Part shown: piece by piece, positions 49,961 through 64,000 of the stretch | How positions within the stretch are numbered: the first letter of the stretch is position 1 | How the letters are laid out: the number at the start of each line of letters is the position of its first letter | From: Eledone cirrhosa | Taxonomy: Eukaryota | Length of the DNA: 64,000 bases | NCBI GenBank assembly: GCA_964016885.1 | Contig: OZ024741.1 | Span: forward strand, 218,984,001 to 219,048,000 | Direction: 5' to 3' | Notes under the pieces: model-generated | The model's database searches: none | Seen by the model: only the letters and a program-made list of their open reading frames with translations | What the model was told of the DNA's origin: nothing | Position numbers and translations under genes: made by a program

Positions 49961-50340
49961 ATATATATATGTATATACATAATTCTCACATGCTCCGATG
50001 AATTGACTGGTTATAACTTTGTATTGGTGATCGAATGACGTGAAAACAAGCGAGTAGCGATCTCTAGACCTACCAGTTCAGAGAAACAATTGTCAGCAAT
50101 GTGATTAAAAACCTTTTTTGTATAGCAAACCGTGTCACTCTTCTTTCTTGATTTATCATTACTCCAACAACATAGAAACGCCTTGAAACTATGGAAACGC
50201 CTTGTTGAGTCAAACTTAGCCATGCGTTGATATCATCCACTACTCGGAGTACCCTAACTGGACTACACCTAAGTGGACTACCTACAACAATAATCTGTTA
50301 CTCCGTATATATATACATATATATATGTATATATATATAC

Positions 50341-50474
<134 letters not shown>

Positions 50475-52362
50475 ATGTGTGTGTGTGTAAATATATATAC
50501 ATGTGTGTGTTTGTATACATAAAGTAAATGAATAAACAACACAAGGAAATGATATAGTGCAATGATGATATGTATTAGTTTAACGCTTGATATAGTAGGG
50601 AAAGAGTCTTAATATGGTTTGATGAGTGAGAGAATGAGAGATAGAAGAAAAATAGAAAGACGAGAGTAAGCAAAAATAGAAAACACATACATTTATCATC
50701 ATCATCATCATTTTACGTCCGCTTTCCCTGCTTGCAAGGGTGGGCTCTTCCTAACACCAACCTCATTTACAGTGAGTGCCGGGTGCTTTTTTTCTGTGGC
50801 GCCTACATATCCACTTTACAGTGTGGGCTGGGTGTTTTTTTTCTGTGGCACCTCCATGACCACTTTGCAGTGGAATGATAGGGACTGGGGTCCCTATCAT
50901 CTCATTTGATGGCTTATTAAATATACATGCTTTTTCTAAAAAAAAATTTTTTTTTATTCTTCTTCTTACTGCTCCCTATCTTTCTATTTCATCTTTTATT
51001 TCTCATTCTATCTTCTGAAAAAGGACTTGTGCCTGAAATATTAAGACTCTTTTCTTACTATATCAAATGTTAAACTTATATATTTCTTCATGTTACTGTG
51101 TTGTTTGCTTTGTTGCACTATATATAAATATCTCTTTTTAATCGGTTGACAAGATCTCAGACCTCATTAGCTAACTGAATTGTGTAGGCTAGGGGTGAGA
51201 CAAATCAGACCAAGGACACAACATTTCCATTTGTCTTTCCATTGCTGATACTATCTATCGGTTGCAACTCTTGGCAGAAAGAGCAACGTGAAATAAAGTG
51301 TCTTGCTCAAGGACATAATGCATTGCGAGTTCCGGGAATCAAACTCGTAACCTCATTTTTGTGAATCCCATTCTCTAACCACTAAGCCACATGCCTTCAC
51401 CCATATATGCATATATACTTGCACATGAACATTTACATATGCGTGTGTGTTATACTGAAGACATGACTGTGCTCAAGTTTGATTTTCGTTATTAAAGATT
51501 TTTCATTTTTTTTTATAAGTTCTTTATGCTTGGAACAATAACGAGTATATTAACGTTTTGAGACCTTCACAGTACCCTCATCATCATCATCATCGTCGTT
51601 TAATGTCTATCTTCCATGCAAGCATGGGTTAGACGGGTTTATCCCATTTAGAAACAAGTTGGGTCGGGTAACCGTGTCTCGCTCATATAGGAGAGTATCT
51701 GGCTGGTTTTCTATGGCTGGATGCCCTTCCTAATGCCAACCACATTTACAGTGAGTGTTGGGTGCTTTTTGCCGTGTCTTTTACACAACCACTTTCTAGT
51801 GTGGGCTGGGTGCTTTTTGTCATGACACCTACACGACCACTTTACAGTGGAAGTTTTGTGGAACCAACATAACATATGCACACATATATACATATATATG
51901 CATATATATACATACATACACATATAGTGTATATATATACACACATGGTCTATATATACATATTTGTGTGTATATACACATATCATCATCACCTCCGTTT
52001 TACGTCCATTTTCCACGCTAGCATGGGTTAGACGGGTTGTCCTGTTGTGGGGCAATCGCAGGTAAAACTGATGGTAGTGGTGGTATGATGTCTGTATGCT
52101 TTACATGAATCAGAAAGAATGTTCTGGTGAAATCTTATTTGTCAGATTTGAAACATTATCCTACAGTTATACCATGTTTGTTTACGTAATTAATTTAATG
52201 TAATTAGTGTTGATTGCTTCTTCTTTTCTGTTGCATTTGTTTATACCCCCTCCTCTGTGTGTATATATATCATTCATCAGTTAACCTCAGGTTTTTCCTA
52301 CTAGCAAGAGTGAGAGTATGTGTGTGTATGTATATGTCTGTATATCTATATATGTATACATA

Positions 52363-52423
<61 letters not shown>

Positions 52424-52427
<4 letters not shown>

Positions 52428-53200
52428 CTGGGCATTGTGTGCAGAGGATATACGCAGACTAGAGAGAAACGAAGCTTGCATGCTCCGCTGGATGTGTAAT
52501 AGTAATATACGTGAACGACAAAACATAAACGAACTAAGGGAAAAATTAGAAATAAGAGGGATCAGATGTTGTTTACTAGAGAAAAGGCTACGTTGGTATG
52601 GACACGTGATGCGCATGAAGGACGATAGCTGTATAACAAAGTGCAGGGCAATAAAGATAGACGGTAGCCACGAAATAGGCAGACCCATAAAAACCTGGGA
52701 CGAGCTGATAAACTCCGACCTCACACACTTACACCTCACCAAGACAATGTCACTGGACCGAGACCTTTGGCGGTACTCAGTAATAGAGAAGACCCGCCTT
52801 ACCTAAATACAAAGTAAAACCTACTACAGTCAGTAGGCATCTCTAACAAAATACACCCCCGTCCCACCACCCCCATCCCATCCACACCGCCCCCTTCTAT
52901 GTAAAGTTATGTTGGTGCCACACCATCCAGGCCGAAACAAATGAGATCGTGTAGGTGTCACGACAAAAAAACACACAATCCACGCTGTAATGTGGCCGTG
53001 TAGGCAACACGGTAAAAACCTCCCAGACCCACACTGTAAATGTGGTTGGTGTTAGGAAGGGCATCCAACTGTAGAAAACCTGCCAGACAGTCCTATGCGA
53101 GCAAGACAATCACTCTTGCCTCAAGTGGGAAAACCCCCGTCCAAACCCATGCAAGCGTGGAACACGGACGTTAAACGATGATGATGATGATGATGATGAT
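52424..53200 (+). mobile_element. RTE-X LINE 3' fragment
   Basis: ORF 52435-52806 is near-identical to 49100-49460, followed by the 3'UTR. Confidence 0.92.
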
Positions 53201-53235
53201 GATATATATATATATATATGTATATATTTACATAT

Positions 53236-55156
53236 ATGTATGTATATATATATACATCATCATCATCATCGTTTAACGTCTATCTTCCACGCTAGCATGG
53301 GTTTAGACGGGAACTGTCCCAATTGAGGCAAGATTGGTTGTCTCGCTCGTATAGGACTGTCTGACAGGTTTTCTACGGCTGGATGCCCTTCCTAACACCA
53401 ACCACGTTTACAGTGTGGACTGGGAGGTTTTTACCGTGTTACCTTCACGGCCACATTACAGCGTGGACTGTGTTTTTTTGTCGTGACACCTACACGACCT
53501 CATTTATTTAGGACTGGATGTTGTGGTACCAACATAACTTTACAAAGAAAGGGGTGGTGTTGATGGGGTGGGGGTCGGGAAGTTGGGGTAGTGCGAGGGG
53601 TGTGTGTGTGTGTGTGGGGGGGGTATATTTGATTAAGAGGTGACTACTGACTGTAGGTTTCGCTTTGTATATAGGCAAGGCGGGTCTTCAGTATTACTGC
53701 GTAGCGCCAAAGATCTCGGTCCAATGATTATCTTAGAGAGCTGTAAGTGTGTAAGGTCGGAATTTATCAAGTCGTCCCAGGTTTTTCTGGGTCTGCCTAC
53801 TCCGTAACTTCCGTCAATTTTGATTGCCCTGCACTTTTTTATACAGCTGTCGTCTTTCATGCACATCACGTGAACATACCAACGTAGTCTTCTCTCGAGT
53901 AAACAGCATCTGATCTCTCTTATACCTAATTTCTCACTTAGTTTCTTTATGCTTTGCTGTTCACGTATATTACTATTACACATCCAGCGGAGCATGCATG
54001 CTTTGTTCCTCTCCAGTCTGCGCAGATCCTCTGCACACAATGTCCATGTCTCACTGCCATGTAACATAGCTGTTCGTATGCAGGCATCATACAGTCTGCC
54101 TTTCATTTTTAGTGAGAAACCTTTAGCGGCCAATAGTGGTATAAGCTCTATGAACTTTTTCCATCCCATTCTGACTCTGGCTACTGTACTTTTGGAACAC
54201 CCTCCCCCACTGCTGATTTTGTCATCTAGGTAACGGAGGTGTCCACTATTTCTATAGAGCCATCTGGGCAATAGAAGGAGCTAGTATCCTGTGGGTGCTT
54301 GCTACTTATTGCACCTGAGCACCGGCCACATATAAAATCTACGTTTTTAGATAGTTTACCTGTGATCCCACTACGTCTTTTATGCACCCATACTTTGCAT
54401 TTGGAACATCAAATGGAATTTCTGCCTACTCCTTTCCTACAGACTGAGCATGGCCATTTCCCAGAGGGGACCTGTGCCCTATTTTCCTTCTAACATACTA
54501 GAACTTTAGTCTTAGACAAGTTAACTTTAAGGCCTTTTGATTCTAGGCCATGCTTCCATGTTTCGAATTTCTTCTCTAGTTCAGCCATAGATTCAGCTAT
54601 GAGCGTTAGATCATCTGCGTATAGAAGTTCCCATGGGCAGCTGGTCTTGAACACCTCTGTTATAGCCTGAAGGGCAATAATAAATAGGAGGGGGCTAAGG
54701 ACAGGGCCCTGATGAACACCAACGTTTACGCTAATTTCTTCACTATATTAGTTGTTAATTCTAACCTTGCTGACTGTTTCTTTATACATGGCTTGTATAG
54801 CTCTCACAAGTCATTCATCAACCCCTAGTTTTCTAAGGGCCCACCAGATAATGGTGCGGTTGACTCTGTAAAATGCTTTCTCCAAGTCAACAAAAGCTAA
54901 GTATAGGGGTTTACTTTTAGCTAGGTACTTCTCCTGTAGTCGTCGTATAAGGAAAAGGGCGTTTGTGGTACTTTTACCTGACACAAACCCAAACTGCATT
55001 TCATCTAGATCAATTTGCTCTCTGATTAGTTGCGCTATAACTCTTTCTGTGACCTTCATGACCTGGTCAAATAATTTAATGCCTCTATAGTTTCCTCTAT
55101 CTAGTGCATCTCCCTTACCCTTGTAACAGTTAATGATGATGCTGCTACGCCAGTCA
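53236..55156 (-). mobile_element. RTE-X LINE, 5'-truncated, tail-to-tail with the 52424-53200 copy
   Basis: ORFs 54811-55059 and 53633-54271 are homologous to 47535-49460; 3'UTR at 53236-53670. Confidence 0.92.
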
Positions 55157-56209
55157 TATATATGTGTGTATATGGAAGGAATATATTAGGTTAACGCTTG
55201 GGTCTTAACATTTCGGACGCTAGTTCTTCATCAGAAGAAAGAATGAGAAATAAGTTAGATTTAAGGGACAAGCGGGGTGGAACTGGAAAACATGTCTTTA
55301 GATAAAAATAACAGGTCCATTCATGTTGACATCTCTTGGAAAATTGTTGGTGCTGGCGTTTTGAGTATGATTTATTTTATAGAAAAGTGGATGATGGAGC
55401 GCGTCTACCTGAAATGGAAAAAAAAAATATTTTATATGTAAAGTTAATATCAAACATTGTAAGATATGTAATAAATGACTGATAAGTTTGAGAAAGCCGG
55501 TACAGTACAATATGGTAGAAATATATAAAGGGCAAAAGATGAGAAATAAAACAAGACAAATAATTTTTTTTATCCAGGATATTTCAACATATTTCAGGAC
55601 TATTATATATTGCTTCTGAGTATAGACAGTAGAGTTGAGTCACTTTTTCAAGGCTGGTGGTATGAAGTTGCATAACTGCCAACAATTAGCCTGAACGCTG
55701 ATAAGGTTTTGTAGTATTTAGCTAATTTTGAGCTGCTGATTTCATATATGGCATCCATTTCCCTCTAACATATCAGGTTTTCATGTTTGTCTTTCTCAGC
55801 TATCTCATAAATACAGGAAACATGGATGTTTTGTATACTCTCCTTGTTGTCCATGAGGAAACTTGTCATGATAGAAAAACAGTATTGTCATTTTAAAACT
55901 CAGCGGCCCCAAAATTACTCAAGAACAGATCCCAAACTTTGGTCAGCAGAAACAAAATCAAAATTTTATTGACCAGTGTGCTATCTCTTGCAGCTATGGA
56001 TGTGGCCAATATAGACCAGCCCATAGATAAAAACTTGATGTGATAGAAAAAAAGGTATTGTCATTTTTAAACTCAGGGTCCCAAATTACTCAAGAACTTG
56101 GTCAGCAGAATTACTCAAACTTTGGTCAGCAGAAAAAAAGCATATTTTGTTGACCAATGTTAGTTAAGTACTTCACCATTTTTTCCCTTATTCTTTCATT
56201 GTTTTACAT

Positions 56210-56280
<71 letters not shown>

Positions 56281-56286
<6 letters not shown>

Positions 56287-56913
56287 ATACTTTGGGAGGG
56301 TCATGTTGCCAATAAGAAACACACGCACCAGTTGCTTTCACTTCAATTTATTATATATTTATAAATTTATAAATTTACAAATCTACAAACCTACAAACTT
56401 ATAAATTTCTGGTTGGTTGGTTGGTTCCACAACCAGATAGTTGTTTATATATATAGTCATAGTCCTTTCGTCACACACTCTGTGACCTCTTCAGTGACTG
56501 GGGATTCCTTTCTTCGTTTCTGTGCCTTTTCTTTCTTCTATCCTACGCCATTTTGTTTCTGTGTGTGTGACACACACAGAAACAAAATGGCGTAGGATAG
56601 AAGAAAGGAAAGGCACAGAAACGAAGAAAGGAATCCCCTGTCACTGAAGAGGTCACAGAGTGTGTGACGAAAGGACTATGACTATATATATAAACAACTA
56701 TCTGGTTGTGGAACCAACCAACCAACCAGAAATTTATAAGTTTGTAGATTTGTAAATTTGTAAATTTATAAATTTATAAATATATAATAAATTGAAGTGA
56801 AAGCAACTGGTGCGTGTGTTTCTTATTGGCAACATGAACCTCCCAAAGTATAACAATATCGGTTTCAACACACGATTTCAGATAAAGAATCTTGCTAAAC
56901 AAATTCAGAAACG

Positions 56914-56917
<4 letters not shown>
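56281..56917. mobile_element. Second copy of the palindromic hammerhead element (arms 56281-56568 / 56570-56857, plus 60-nt tail)
   Basis: Homologous to 14751-15703; hammerheads at 56640-56682 (+) and 56456-56498 (-): GTCA-CTGAAGA-G-GTCACA gagtg TGTGAC-GAAA ggac TA-TGAC. Confidence 0.82.
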
Positions 56918-56981
<64 letters not shown>

Positions 56982-56989
<8 letters not shown>

Positions 56990-57550
56990 TAAAATAACAG
57001 ATTATAGTTTAAGCAAAGAATCGCTGCTTTCACCCTTAACGGGATCTTCTGAAACTAACAAAGTCAATCTGTAAACGCAGAAGTGGATATTTCAAAAAAC
57101 GTTGCAACCGGAGGAAGACAGGAAGACGATACTTTGGTTCGTGGAAACGTTCGCTGGCAAAGAACGGGAAAAAACGAATAAGATATGTCATTAATAGGAG
57201 CGGTGAAAAACAATTACGCGCAAAGACAGAACCACGTGGTTTTTTCACCGCTCCTATTAATGACGTATCTTATTCGTTTTTTCCCGTTCTTTGCCAGCGA
57301 ACGTTTCCACGAACCAAAGTATCGTCTTCCTGTCTTCCTCCGGTTGCACCTTTTTTTGAAATATCCACTTCTGCGTTTACAGATTGACTTTGTTAGTTTC
57401 AGAAGATCCCGTTAAGGGTGAAAGCAGCGATTCTTTGCTTAAACTTTAATCTGTTATTTTAATAAATATTTGCTCTACGGTTCTTATATATTTGATATAT
57501 ATTTATCCTTATCGAGCGCTCTTTGGATTTTAGTCTTGAAATTTATTATT
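56982..57550. mobile_element. Palindromic element, third family (arms 56982-57210 / 57241-57469, plus ~80-nt tail)
   Basis: ~229-bp inverted arms, 30-nt spacer, (TA)n flanks, degenerate hammerhead-like CAGAAGA-TCCC gttaa GGGT-GAAA. Confidence 0.75.
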
Positions 57551-57575
57551 ATTAATATTAATATATATATATATT

Positions 57576-57638
<63 letters not shown>

Positions 57639-58013
57639 AAGTTTGCTTGAAACATTGTATATAATATATAATGTGAAAGTGATATATGTAATAAAGCTAA
57701 AACAATGCAAAATGGTCAGTAAGATCAAGGCAACTAAAAAGTTAGTTACCTGGTAATCTTTATTTTTTTTTATCCTAATATTTCGGGCCCTAAAATTCTC
57801 TTCCTCAGAGTATTAGGAACTCTCAGAGAAACGTTCTGGTCTATTCACTTTGAAAATAGATAATACACAGAGTTACAACCATTTAACAGTGGGGTGGCTC
57901 AGGGTCTATATTAATGCTATAGATCCAACTCCAGCCTAACCTTCTCATTAGACTTGGTAATTGAGCAAAGCCAAAATCTCAATACAATTAATAAAAACCT
58001 TAATGTGTTTTCA

Positions 58014-58872
<859 letters not shown>

Positions 58873-59494
58873 TATATATATATGAATTTATCTGTGTGGT
58901 GTGTGGTGTGTGGTGTGGTGTGGTGTGTGTGGTGTGGTGTGTGTGTAGTGTGTGTGTGTGTGTGTGGTGTGTGGTGTGTGTGTGGTGTGGTGTGTGTGTG
59001 GTGTGTGTGTGTGTGTGTGTGTGTGGTGTACGTGTGTGTGTGGTGTGTGTGGTGTGTGTGGTGTATGTGGTGTGTGGTGTATGTGGTGTGTGGTGTGTGT
59101 GAGTGTGTGGTGTATGTGTGTGTACACCAAATACAACAAGATATGGTAAGAAATGGTTAAAACATGAAGGATTAAAAGAAAGTAAACAAAACAAAAAACG
59201 AAAAATTAAGACAAAGGAAAGAAGGCAGCACACATTGTTGACGAAATAATTGTTTCTACTTTTGACACAAAGCCAGCAATTTTTCCTCAGTGCATTACTG
59301 GTACTTTATTTTATCGATCCTCGTAAGGATGAAAGGCAAAGTTAACCCCGGCAGATTTGAACTCAGAATGTAAAGGGCCATAACTCTATGCTGCAAAGCA
59401 TGGTGTCTGACGCTCTACCGATACTGCCAAACCAAGAAAAACATAAACAATGTGTGTACAGTGGACATATGAGGGCTAGAAAGAGAAGGAAAGA

Positions 59495-59528
59495 TGTGAC
59501 GTTTCAGGTTAAACCCTTCATCAGAGAC
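59495..59528 (-). ncRNA. Minimal hammerhead motif
   Basis: Minus strand: TCT-CTGATGA-AGG gtttaa CCT-GAAACGTC-ACA; one stem I mismatch. Confidence 0.5.
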
Positions 59529-59651
59529 TAGTAGGAGGTGAAGAAAAGAATAAAAAAATATGTAAAAAGTGTAAGAATGATACCAAACTGAAAAGTAGAT
59601 GTGGTTTGTATATATATATGAAGATGTACATAAATGTATGTATATATGTAT

Positions 59652-59703
<52 letters not shown>

Positions 59704-60195
59704 GGGAGGAGGGTATATAGTTGTATGTATATGTGTAAGTTTATGAATATATATATATGTATATATATAAGTTTATGAATATATATATATATATATATAT
59801 ATAGGAAAATGTATGACCCCGACGGCAGAGCTCAAGCCGTTTCGACGGCTATATCTGGACTAGCCCAGAAATCGCCGTCGAAACGGCTTGAGCTCTGCCG
59901 TCGGGGTCATACATTTTCCTATTACCCACTCTACTACCCTAAGTATTGAGTACTCTGGTGCCTTATGGTCCATCTCGTTCCTTACCACAACTCCTTCGTT
60001 ATATATATATATTGGTGGATTGGCAGTATCGGTAGAGGCTCGGACGCCATGCTTTCCAGCATAGTTACGTCCCTTTACGATCTGAGTTCAAATCCCGCCG
60101 AGGTTGACTTTGCCTTTCATCCTTACGGGGTCGATAAAATAAAGTACCAGTAATGCACTGGGTAATTGCTGGCCTTGTGCCTAAAGTAGAAACAG

Positions 60196-60255
<60 letters not shown>

Positions 60256-60261
60256 GCATAT

Positions 60262-60882
60262 AGTAGTAGAGGCACCCGGCGTTGCCCGATATAACTCTCA
60301 ATGGAGTAGTCGTTCAAATGAACCGAAAGACTTCCGTTAAACACGACTATAGAAGTAAAAATTTATAGGTGTTGGCCCTAAAGAGGGCCTTTGAACGTTC
60401 ACTTTGAAATATCTCTGCGGCGGTACTGCCAGCCAAGACAAATCCGATGGTAACAATTTAAAGTTGGTGGCCCTAAAGAGAGCATTGGATCATTCAATCT
60501 TAAAAGTCTTAGCGGCGGTGCTGCCAGCAAAGATGAATCCGATGGTAACAATTTAAAGTTGGTGGCCCTAAAGAGGGCCTTGGATCGTTCATTCTTAAAA
60601 GTCCCAGCGGAAGAGCTGTTAGCAAAGACGACTCCGATTAGAGGTGGTGGCCCTTAAGAAGTCCTTCACACCACTTTGCTATGTCGTATTTTCTTTGCTT
60701 GTTATTTGAGATTGTAACCTAGAAAAGCATGTAACAGTGGGCACAAAAACGGCCTTGGCAAGATCACGCTGGAATGTCAAAAAAATGTTTAGGCGGACGA
60801 AGGTCGTCAGTCATCCCGTCTAATTGGATATTGTTTACTAGCACATGGTCAAACAAGGAATAAGGAACATACCTCAATTTTA
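60262..60882 (+). mobile_element. Helentron/DINE-1-like non-autonomous element with internal 95-bp tandem repeats, probably interrupted by the Gypsy element
   Basis: 5' motif TAG..GCACCCGGCGTTGCCCG typical of HINE/DINE elements; GGCCCTAAAGAG units at ~60375, 60470, 60565 and 60650. Confidence 0.55.
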
Positions 60883-61157
60883 TGTTATAAAAACATTTTT
60901 TATATAGGAACAATTACAGAATATATTCAAATACTTTAGTGCTCCTAGGTTGGGATATATTTAAGTCGTCGTATACTGCCGCATGGTATGATGTCATCCT
61001 TTGGATCACTGCATGTAGATAGCACGATAGAGATAGCGCGTCTCTTTTTTCCAAGCTCTCATTGTCCAAGTGTTATTGTCTCAGCTACTGACGTCAGAAC
61101 TAAGGGCAGTTAATCGACTGCCTTCACAGTCGACGCTAGATGGCGTGATCTTCTACA
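60883..61157 (-). repeat. Putative 3' LTR of the Gypsy element
   Basis: Minus strand: purine-rich GATGGGAGGCCA, then TGTAGAAG...ATAAAAAATGTTTTTATAACA (TGT..ACA termini). The 5' LTR is outside the window, so the ends are unconfirmed. Confidence 0.55.
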
Positions 61158-61390
61158 TGGCCTCCCATCACTTTTTAGAAAATTAAATAAAAATCGGTTC
61201 ATCGAATCATGTATGTAGAAAAACCGTTTACCAACCAGCAAAAATTCCAAACCAAGGAGCAATCAGCCCAACCGAGCATGAAGGGCACAACAAATTTCAA
61301 AAATGCATATTAAACAAGCATGCAAGACGTGAAAGGAAAAAAAAAATGTAATAAAATGTAAATACAATTTCCTAAAAGTTCCAATAGTCA

Positions 61391-64000
61391 CTAGAGAATT
61401 AAAGCACCGCACAATAGCAGTTTAAAAATATACCATGCTACACAGTTTTTGGGCCAATGAACCCTCCGACCGGAACGGGTCGTAGTCTTATATCTTGGTG
61501 ATGGGGAGGGGGGACAAAGAAACAGGTGTGTGTGCAAAAGAGAAAGATGGGGTGTATGTGGCTCAGGTGTATGAGCATCTGTGTGGGCCCGTTTAAGTCT
61601 ATCAACCGCAATGGTCTCTCTGGATTCCTTAATGTCTACAGTGAAATGTTTATCAGAACGAGCCAACACACGGTAGGGTCCAGAGTACGGTTGTGTGAGA
61701 GGTGGTCTCACAGCATCGTTTCTCACGAACACATGGGTCCACGAGGCAATATCCCTCGGGACTGCAGATTTTACAGTTTGCTTCCTCATATCCATCGGTG
61801 GCAGGTCCTGAAAATAAGAACGCAGACGGGATACGTTGGAAAGCGGATCTTGTTCAGCAAGATCGACAGGGGCAAGCATTTGCCCAGGTAACGCTAGAGG
61901 AGCACCATATAACAATTCGGCCGGGGAGAACCCAAAGTCCTCCTTTATTGTTGACCGAATCCCCAACAACACAATAGGGAGGTACTCGCTCCAACGCGTA
62001 GAGTCAGGAGAAGTCCGTAGAGCGGCTTTTAGTTGTCGGTGGAAACGCTCCACCATTCCATTAGAGGCAGGATGATATGCAGTTGTTCGGATGCGTTTAG
62101 CGCCGATGATTTTCGTTAATTCATAGAAGAGATTCGATTCAAACTGCCTTCCACGGTCCGTTGTAATCGTGGTTGGCACTCCAAAGCGAGCAATCCATCC
62201 TGATACTAGGGCACGCGCTGTCGTTTCAGCAGTGATGTCTTTCAAGGGGATGGCTTCAGGCCATCGCGAAAAACGATCAATAACAGTCAATAGATAAGTG
62301 ACCACCACTGACTGGCCAAGGTCCCATGATGTCCACATGAATGTGCCGGAAACGGGCGTCCGGTGTACTGAACGTACCGAGCGGAGCCTTAACGTGTTTA
62401 TGAATTTTCGATTTCTGGCAAGCGATGCAGGAACGGCACCAAACAGTAATATCGCGCCTCATATTTGGCCAGAAGAATCTGGCTGTTATGAGCTTTACTG
62501 TGGCAGAAGATCCTGGGTGGGAAATGCTGTGTAAAGCAAGAAACACAGTACGACGATGGTTTAGTGGGACGAATGGTCTCGGTGAATCTACGGAAACGTC
62601 GCAGAGAATCTGTCCATCTGAGTGGGCAATGGCAGGTATTTCAAATTACTCGTCGCAAATTCGGCTGATGTAATATCCAACGATTCCAGTGCAGGCTGGT
62701 CTGCTGCCAAGTGATTTAAATCGATGTCGTGGGATGACGCAATTGAACTGATCGGCAATCGAGACAGGGCGTCAGCCGCTGTGTTCAATGAGCCTGCAAT
62801 GTGTTGGATGTCGTTTGTGAATTGCGAGATAAAGTCGAGATGCCTTGTTTCTCTGGGCGAGTACTTGTCGGACTTTGCCCTTAAAGCGAAGGTCAAAGGT
62901 TTATGGTCAGTATAGATTGTAAAACACCTTCCTTCAAGCATATGTGAAAAATGTTTCACGGAAAGGTAGATGGCTAACAGCTCCCGGCCAAAGGTGCTGT
63001 AGCGAGTTTCTGCAGGCTTCAACTTCCTGGAGAAAAATTCCAATGGTTGTTGGTGATCGTCACTACTCTGTTGTAAGACTGCACCCACTGCAGTATCCGA
63101 CGCATCAACACAAAGCGAAAGCTTGACATTAGACACTGGATGGGCCAGCAAAGATGCACTACCCAATGCTGATTTGGCTTTTTGAAAATCCTCGAGCTGA
63201 GTCTGAGTCAAAGAGATGTCCTTATTTTCTTGCGGCAATTTTTCAGAATCTCAGTAAGAGATAAGAGTAGATTAGCACAATGCGGAACAAAACGTCTATA
63301 GAAATTTATCAGTCCTAGAAATTGTCGCAACTGACGAAGTGAGGTCGGCGGAGGCAAATCCTCTATAGCCTGAACTCGTTGAGGGTAGGGTCGAATACCC
63401 TCGGAGTCAATGACATGACCTAAAAAATTCAGCGATTCCGCACCGAAAACACATTTTGTGGTATTTATTTGTACACTAATCCTTGAGTCGACAAAACAAA
63501 AGATTCAAATGACGTATGTGTTCTTCTCTGGAGGAACTAGCAATAAGCAGATCATCAATATAAGTGTAGACGAAGTCTAAACCACGAGTGACCTCATCCA
63601 TGAACTGTTGAAAGGTGCTAGCAGCATTCCTAAGTCCGAAAGGCATGGTAAGAAATTCGAATGATCCAAATGGAGTCGTAATGGCCGTTTTCGGAATATC
63701 TTCTTTCTTGACAGGAATCTGATGATAGGCTCGCACCAAATCGAGCTTCGAGAATATTTTACATCCTTGCAATGACGATGCAAAATCTTGCAGGTGTGGA
63801 ATAGGATATCTATCCGGGACAGTTATAGCATTTAACTTCCTATAATCCCCAGTGGGTCTCCAGTCGCCAGAAGTCTTGGATACCATGTGCAACGGAGAAG
63901 CCCAAGGGCTCGTAGAAGGGCGAATTATGCCTAGCTGCAGCATGTGGTCGAACTCGGACCGTGCTGCCTTCAATTTGTCCGCAGGCAAGCGACGAGAACG
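61391..64000 (-). mobile_element. Ty3/Gypsy LTR retrotransposon pol (RT, RNase H, integrase), frameshifted
   Basis: [42 protein letters not shown]; RNase H DASDTAVGAVL/ELLAI/TDHKPL/ADALSR; integrase [33 protein letters not shown]. Confidence 0.96.

Noticed and set aside
55720-56160. Possible DNA transposon end with ~175-bp duplication
   Set aside because: No matching second TIR or TSD found, so the family cannot be supported.

Overview
Eukaryotic, extremely repeat-rich DNA with no confidently identifiable host gene. The SINE/LINE repertoire and dense (TA)n/(CA)n/(TAA)n/(GAT)n microsatellites suggest an animal, most likely an octopus/cephalopod genome (inference from remembered repeat motifs, not a search). 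The window is a mosaic of decayed elements: an RTE-BovB LINE (1-3.6 kb), a near full-length Tx1 LINE within (GATA)n (5.2-9.9 kb), a Naiad-like Penelope (GIY-YIG) element (16.2-18.1 kb), a 5'-inverted RTE (24.7-26.6 kb), four R4/Dong RLE-LINE pieces within (TAA)n (28.7-34.6 kb), RTE-X LINEs with a PHD finger (47-55 kb), a Gypsy LTR element (60.9-64 kb), about 20 tRNA-derived SINEs, DNA-transposon MITEs and several minisatellites. The most interesting signal is a set of non-coding fold-back elements, mostly embedded in (TA)n. Each has an inverted arm, a direct arm and an unpaired 60-80 nt tail. Several carry minimal type I hammerhead ribozyme motifs, and copy-specific substitutions are mirrored in both arms. 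About a dozen hammerhead-like motifs from several families occur in the window. All coordinates were read by eye and may be off by a few bases.
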